From contig JAUCBJ010006733.1 in assembly GCA_032718475.1 (NCBI GenBank), positions 1-56,359 of the forward strand: a stretch of DNA of 56,359 nucleotides. Direction: 5' to 3'. The position numbers and the translations under genes were made by a program. This DNA comes from Nemertoderma westbladi. Taxonomy: Eukaryota > Animalia > Xenacoelomorpha. This document shows positions 48,925 to 56,359 of the stretch, piece by piece (position 1 is the stretch's first letter; every line of letters starts with the position of its first letter). The notes below the pieces were generated by a model that was not told the origin of the DNA, did no database searches, and was given only the letters and a program-made list of their open reading frames with translations.

Positions 48925-49181
48925 GGCTACCGACCGGACCGGACCAATTAGCCGGACCCACTAAATACCTTATATTTGATTTAGGCCTAGATTTTACTTG
49001 TGTATTATTGTGACCGGACCCTTATTACCGTAATTAAGTAGCCTGCATAATCTTGTAACATGTGTTAACTTTCGTTTATTGCTTTGGTTCCCCCAACACG
49101 CCTCTGTAACCTGCTCCTTTAATTGGCAATGGGTCCGGTCAATGGGTCCGGTCAATTGAGAAATGGATACGGTCAGTAGCC
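48925..49181. mobile_element. Small MITE upstream of Ena/VASP
   Basis: TIR GGCTAC(C/T)GACCG with subterminal GACCGGACCC repeats. Confidence 0.6.
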
Positions 49182-49927
49182 TTTGACTAGTGGGTTTAGC
49201 GTTCTAGATAGATACACCTTCAAAACAATAGTAGAGTTAGGCCCTATAATATCTCAAACATTTCCTCTAAAGGTGTGGTTGTACCAGCTGATATCCAATA
49301 TTTAATATTTCCGGATATAATTAACTCAACGTCTACCTATATCTACTTGATTGACTATGAGCGAATTATTTTTCGGTGAGGAGAAAGTGTTATTTTGGAT
49401 GGATTTTTTAATTGTTCCATTTATTGGTGTACCAGCACCACACGCTACGCTAACTCTACTACAACTAAACTACTCTTTAAACTACATATATGGCGTAAAT
49501 TCACTGTCATTTATTCCACTGTATTCCTGTTATTACTTGTATCTCGATTTGGCACATTTGCATTAGTTACGTAAGTGAAATTAACCCCATTATATTGGGA
49601 GGGTTGGGTTGGTATTAGTAAGATATGTGTACATAATCATTTATAGTCGAATAAAGATTATTAGATATAATTATTTACATAGCTTACTCGCTATTACTGC
49701 TTTATAGCTAATGAGTTGCGTAGCAGAGGTTGAATGAGTTAATTATAATGTAACCTAAGAGGCTTTAGGTAAAGGTAGTTAGTTATATCTATATTATCTG
49801 GCAGCACTAAGCACTATCACATTTATTAAGCTAGCCTATATTATTGCTTCGATTCCAATTACTATAAAAAAGTTTGTTATTATTATATCTTGATTGGAGT
49901 ATGAATATCCGCGATATTAGTAACTGA

Positions 49928-51325
<1,398 letters not shown>

Positions 51326-51821
51326 ACGCGCTTTTATTATAAATATATATTGGCCGTTTTTGACACGTTAATTATTGCCATAATGTGGTGTAGTTGTTTG
51401 AGATTGGTCGGTTGGTGCAGTTCTGCAGTCAGATGAGTTTTCAAACACCACCATGATAATTTTTTGTAATTATTGCGTCTTTCAATCTCAGTATTATAAA
51501 TTTGTTAACATTTAAGAAGGGATGGGATCTCAGGTGTTTCATTTCATTAATAAATAATTATATTCTCGTTTCGTTATTTTGATTTTCTTTATTTTCTGTA
51601 AGATACAATGTTCCCTTCTCTGAAAGGGACGAGTTTCATCAATAAAATTTTTTAACCCATTAAATTTTTTTCAAAACGTATTTTTATTTTAAAAAGAGCG
51701 AATGTGTGTCGTGTAAGTGAGTAGGTTATCTATTGTATGCCAATGTATTGTGTATATATACCGGTATTATATATCTGCGTTGCGTAACTGTTAAACACAA
51801 TTCATAGTCTACAGTAGGAAG

Positions 51822-52790
51822 CCATACCGATACCCACCACACGCCACACCCATGTTTGTTCACAAGAGACATACATACCCACACCCATGTACACAGTAGG
51901 CAGCCATACCCACGCCCATGTACACAAGAGACACACATACCCACCCACACTCATGTCCATCCCAGGCAGCCATACCCACGCCCATGTACACAAGAGACAC
52001 ACATACCCACACCCATGTACACAAGAGACCTACATACCCACCCACACCCATGTACACAGTAGGCAGCCATACCCACGCCCATGTACACAAGAGACACACA
52101 TACCCACACCCATGTACACAAGAGACCTACATACCCACACCCATGTACACAGTAGGCAGCCATACCCACGCCCATGTACACAAGAGACACACATACCCAC
52201 ACCCATGTGCACAAGAGACCTACATACCCACACCCATGTACACAGTAGGCAGCCATACCCACGCCCATGTACACAAGAGACACACATACCCACACCCATG
52301 TACACAAGAGACCTACATACCCACACCCATGTACACAGTAGACAGCCATACCCACGCCCATGTACACAAGAGACACACATACCCACAGCCCACACCCATG
52401 TACACAAGAGACCTACATACCCACACCCATGTACACAGTAGGCAGCCATACCCACGCCCATGTACACAAGAGACACACATACCCACACCCATGTACACAG
52501 TATGCAGCCATACCCACGCCCATGTACACAAGAGACACACATACCCACACCCTCACACCCAAGTCCACAGTAGGAAGCCATACCCACGCCCCGCCCATGT
52601 ATACACAAGAGACACAAATACCCACCCACACCCATGTCCACCCCAGGCAGTCATACCCACGCCCATGTACACAAGAGACACACATACCTACCCCACATCC
52701 ATGTCCACCCCAGGCAGTCATACCCACGCCCATGTACACACACAAGAGACACCCATACCAACCAACATCCATGTCCAGTCCACAGTATCA
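51822..52790 (+). repeat. 31-bp minisatellite with a 93-bp higher-order trimer
   Basis: Units CCATGTACAC-[AGTAGGCAGC|AAGAGACACA|AAGAGACCTA]-CATACCCAC.C cycle with period 93 (e.g. 52141, 52234). Confidence 0.95.
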
Positions 52791-55700
52791 TATCCCTAAA
52801 TATTCGCTGGGACGTAAGAATTTTACAACTAAGAAGTTTGTTTTCGGAGAATTCATTAATTTTATTTTGTTTTTACTTCGTATTTCATAGTAGAAATTGC
52901 TGGCTGAAATTTTGTTTTATTTTAAAGAAACTTTTGATATACTCAACCCACAATTCAATGTATATTTATTTTCTCTGGGCTACTATTCTGCCCTATAAAA
53001 TATATTATTTTGGCTTAAATAATATGCACTTCCACTTGACCTCCGATCTCATCTTAAATGTTTTTTATATTTTTAATTTGGTAACCCATTTTGTTTATGT
53101 GTGAATTTGTTGTGAGTGATTCAAATCAAGATGTATGGATAATATGTGTTCATTGTACTACAACAACTGTCGGATACAAACAAACTGTCGGATACAAACA
53201 AACACGTAATGAAACTTTTATGGTGGGATATACCGATTATTCAACTTATTGATAAAATTGTTTGTATTTCAATATTGAGATTAAGAAACTCTTAAGCATT
53301 GTTACCCATTCTGTGGTAACAGAAACTAATTGTATTACATTGTAATTATTTCTTTGTTTCTTTTATCCATATCCATACTGGCATATATAGAACTAAGGCG
53401 AACCGTAGGAACATAACTCAGTACCGGTATTTATATATCAGCAGTCAGCACAGCTCGATATACCTGTAATCTTAAATGGTTGTCATTGGTACTGGTATCA
53501 CTAATCTACTAAATAAACATTTTATCAATGAAATCATATATTGTAAGGTAAATAAAATACTTACTTGACCTTGTAGTACATCGATTTATCGTACAGACCT
53601 CGCTCGTTGCGCTCGCTCGGTATATAACAGATCTCTAGCGAATGAATCAATAAATAAATTAATTATAATAATAAATATAATCAATTATTTATCGCACGTT
53701 AAATAGTTTAAACATACTGGTATACCGATGATGTTACTTAAATTATTATACCGGTAGTCCAATTCTTCAACTGTTATCAATTTCTTGTAGAATTTATGCC
53801 GATATGTTTATTTGAATTTGCCGCGTGACATTTCCGGTAAGAGTATTTAACTGAACACTAACTTATGTGTTTTGAGTAATATGTGTTCCCGAAGAAAATT
53901 GTTAATCATTCATTTTTGAAACTAAAATGTTTCCGTTTAACTCCAATATTTAGATTTATAATTCTGTCTATTTAGCTTGTTAATTTTATTAAAGGTGCAT
54001 TTGTCTTGTCTTTATTTATCGTTTCTAATTAATTCGTTTCTAATCGTGATTAATTTCTATAGTTAGTTAAGATAATTTTCCTGAAGAGACTTTCTTGCAT
54101 TGCGTTCACTTAACTGTTTTTAATTACTGTATGACCGACCACTCTGTGCCTATCAAGTAATAAATTGTATAGTTACTTTATTAATAACAATATAATATAA
54201 TAATATGCTGGGTTCGTTCACTTATGTATAAAATATATAAATAAATAATTCGGAAAGAAAATCAATAATATAAATAATAAATTATAAAGTTAATAATTAT
54301 ATATATTATATTATCATTTGCAGGTATTTCAAATGTAATAATTAATTTAAATATATATACCCATGCCATGCCGGTCCGTTGAAAAATATTATTTGGGGTC
54401 AAGAAAAATATTTAAGATTACGATTTTCAGGGCTTTGTAGTTCTTACAACGGCAAGAAAGTTAACTTAACTATAATGCTTTTATTATGTTAATTGATATG
54501 GGTGATTTTCTTGATTAGCCTATCGTGAGTGTGTGTATTTCGTTATGGGTGTATCGCTTATGTGTTGTTTATATTAACTAATGAATATTTTTTTGTAATT
54601 TGAAAGTGATTAATGTTTTGGTTTTATATTGATTGGAGGACTCCCATTATTCGAGTCATTAACGCTATATTATTACAACTTTTGCAGTTAAGCTCTATCC
54701 AATCTTCCAATGTATGTTGTAATTGTTCCCTTTTTTTGAGGTTACGTAATTCCATTTTTAAAAGTTACTGGTTTTTGCTAGTAATTAGTATTTATTATAT
54801 TAATTACGACTTATTTTACTTCTTTACTTTACTTTACTTTCACTGTACTATTTTGAATATTATTTATCCATTATTAATTAAAGTATAGTTAGTTACAGTA
54901 TGTTAATATTATTGTTGGTTTGATATTGATGTTGGTACTTTTTGGGTTTGGTGTAGTAATAATAAGTCCCCTCAATACCATAATGTCTGTGGTATACTGT
55001 AGGTCTTTTAAAGTGGCACAGCCACTAGCATAGTTTTAATTGGGTGCTAATTTCTTTTAACAATAATTTCTATATTTATTTTGTGTTTAATAAACAGAAA
55101 AGAATCATTCATACCACTTGATTATGGAAATTTGGGCTACCGGTTTTTTAAAATTGGGATCTCCAATAACTGGGTAGACAATGGATCTTTGTTTGGGTTA
55201 TTATTGGCGCGGGGCAAGCAACTTAACGATTCATTGCTTTTGATTTTATATCTCGGCCTGCCTTTAGTTACTAAAACCAAGGCATTGATTGTAACTATTT
55301 ATAATCTATTTCACGGATTGGTGTCTTTAATAGCAATGAGGGCATCAATAGCCACACATTCCCCAACAACCGTTGACCACAATGGCGGTAGTTATAGACC
55401 GGGCTATATGAATCTTACCTAAATATTGTGTTATTCATCACGATGTCCTATTTTACACTTATATATAGCAACTTATGCAGTGGTGTTTGTTAGAGAAGTT
55501 CGGTATATCTAATTTATTATGTAGTAAATTATTTCTTTTAAACAACATATAAGTCATGTTGGAATTCGGTATGATTATTTGTGTCATTACGACTCGTTGA
55601 ACTGCGATTTAATGATCAACTAACTTCTTTGAAGGTTTTTTCTAGTACCAAATTATTTGTATTTCAAATAATTTCGTTTTAATTTTTTTATGTAAATTGA

Positions 55701-56359
55701 TATTTCGTCTAAAGAAATATTTAGTACCATTTTTATAGATCTTAATAAAATATATAATATTTGTCTATCAACTGTTAAATAATAAAACTGTAATGATAAA
55801 CCCGCATATTTGAAATTTTTTTAAATTGAAAATTTTTAGTTTCTTTCAAAACATTTATATTTTATTTAGTATTACATACACATAAACCTCTAATATTTAT
55901 GATTGCTACATAAAATTATGTAATTTAATTATGCCGATATTAAATGTGTGCAATTTGTTAATTAGCTGTAAAACTACTGGTAATTCATATGTCAAACATA
56001 ATTACAATAGTTGGTTTATATTTTCATTGTAACTCGAAGCGAAGTGGATAATTGTTTTATTTACTTGATTAATTTGTAATATAATTTTATTATTATATTT
56101 GGATATTTTATTTCTTGTATTATATCCAATACTTTACACTCCATAACTATTTAATTAATAATACATATTTTATTTATTAATTATTGAAAGGGTTTTGTTT
56201 TCCATTTAGCAGGGCCTGAGGGGCTGGGTGTTTGGTATTCTCATTAAACCTTTATTTAGTAAAACAGTTTCGCTAGACCATTTTTGTTCAATTGGGGCGG
56301 TTTTTCCTAACTGTTTCAGACGTAAAAAACGTGATTATAGTTAATATTGTTTTATCTTA

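Noticed and set aside
51726-53104. Overlapping ORFs up to 293 aa
   Set aside because: Produced by the 93-bp stop-poor repeat in all frames.
53593-53625. CTCGCTCGTTGCGCTCGCTCG Helitron-type end motif
   Set aside because: Isolated motif; element boundaries cannot be determined.
55080-55420. Decayed minus-strand coding stretch with TKGRPR (MULE-like tail)
   Set aside because: Several stops and only one short motif; too weak to call.

Overview
AT-rich eukaryotic (invertebrate animal-type) genomic window, mostly nested transposable elements around two intronless host-type genes: a 5-finger C2H2 zinc-finger gene (25886-27409, -) and an Ena/VASP gene (49940-51325, +). 104-16869 is one BEL/Pao LTR retrotransposon on the minus strand (AAGGA target-site duplication). 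It keeps an open Gag-protease frame but has lost RT, most RNase H and integrase, and it hosts an RTE-X LINE in its 3' LTR and a 3.7-kb Helentron/HINE-like element that recurs at 19485-23119. Also present: a Penelope-like remnant with a hammerhead-like motif, a decayed RTE LINE, tRNA-derived SINEs, several MITEs and minisatellites. Most notable: (i) a motif resembling the PDE5/10/11 N-terminal helix fused to the zinc-finger array; (ii) three different CAGTC-ended TIR elements with 5-bp TSDs, one carrying a ~60-unit satellite homologous to the HINE terminus; (iii) copy-to-copy evidence that TA sites gain short, often palindromic inserts (TAGGCCTA, TACCGGTA), consistent with stacked transposon excision footprints. 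All alignments were done by eye; no database searches were run.
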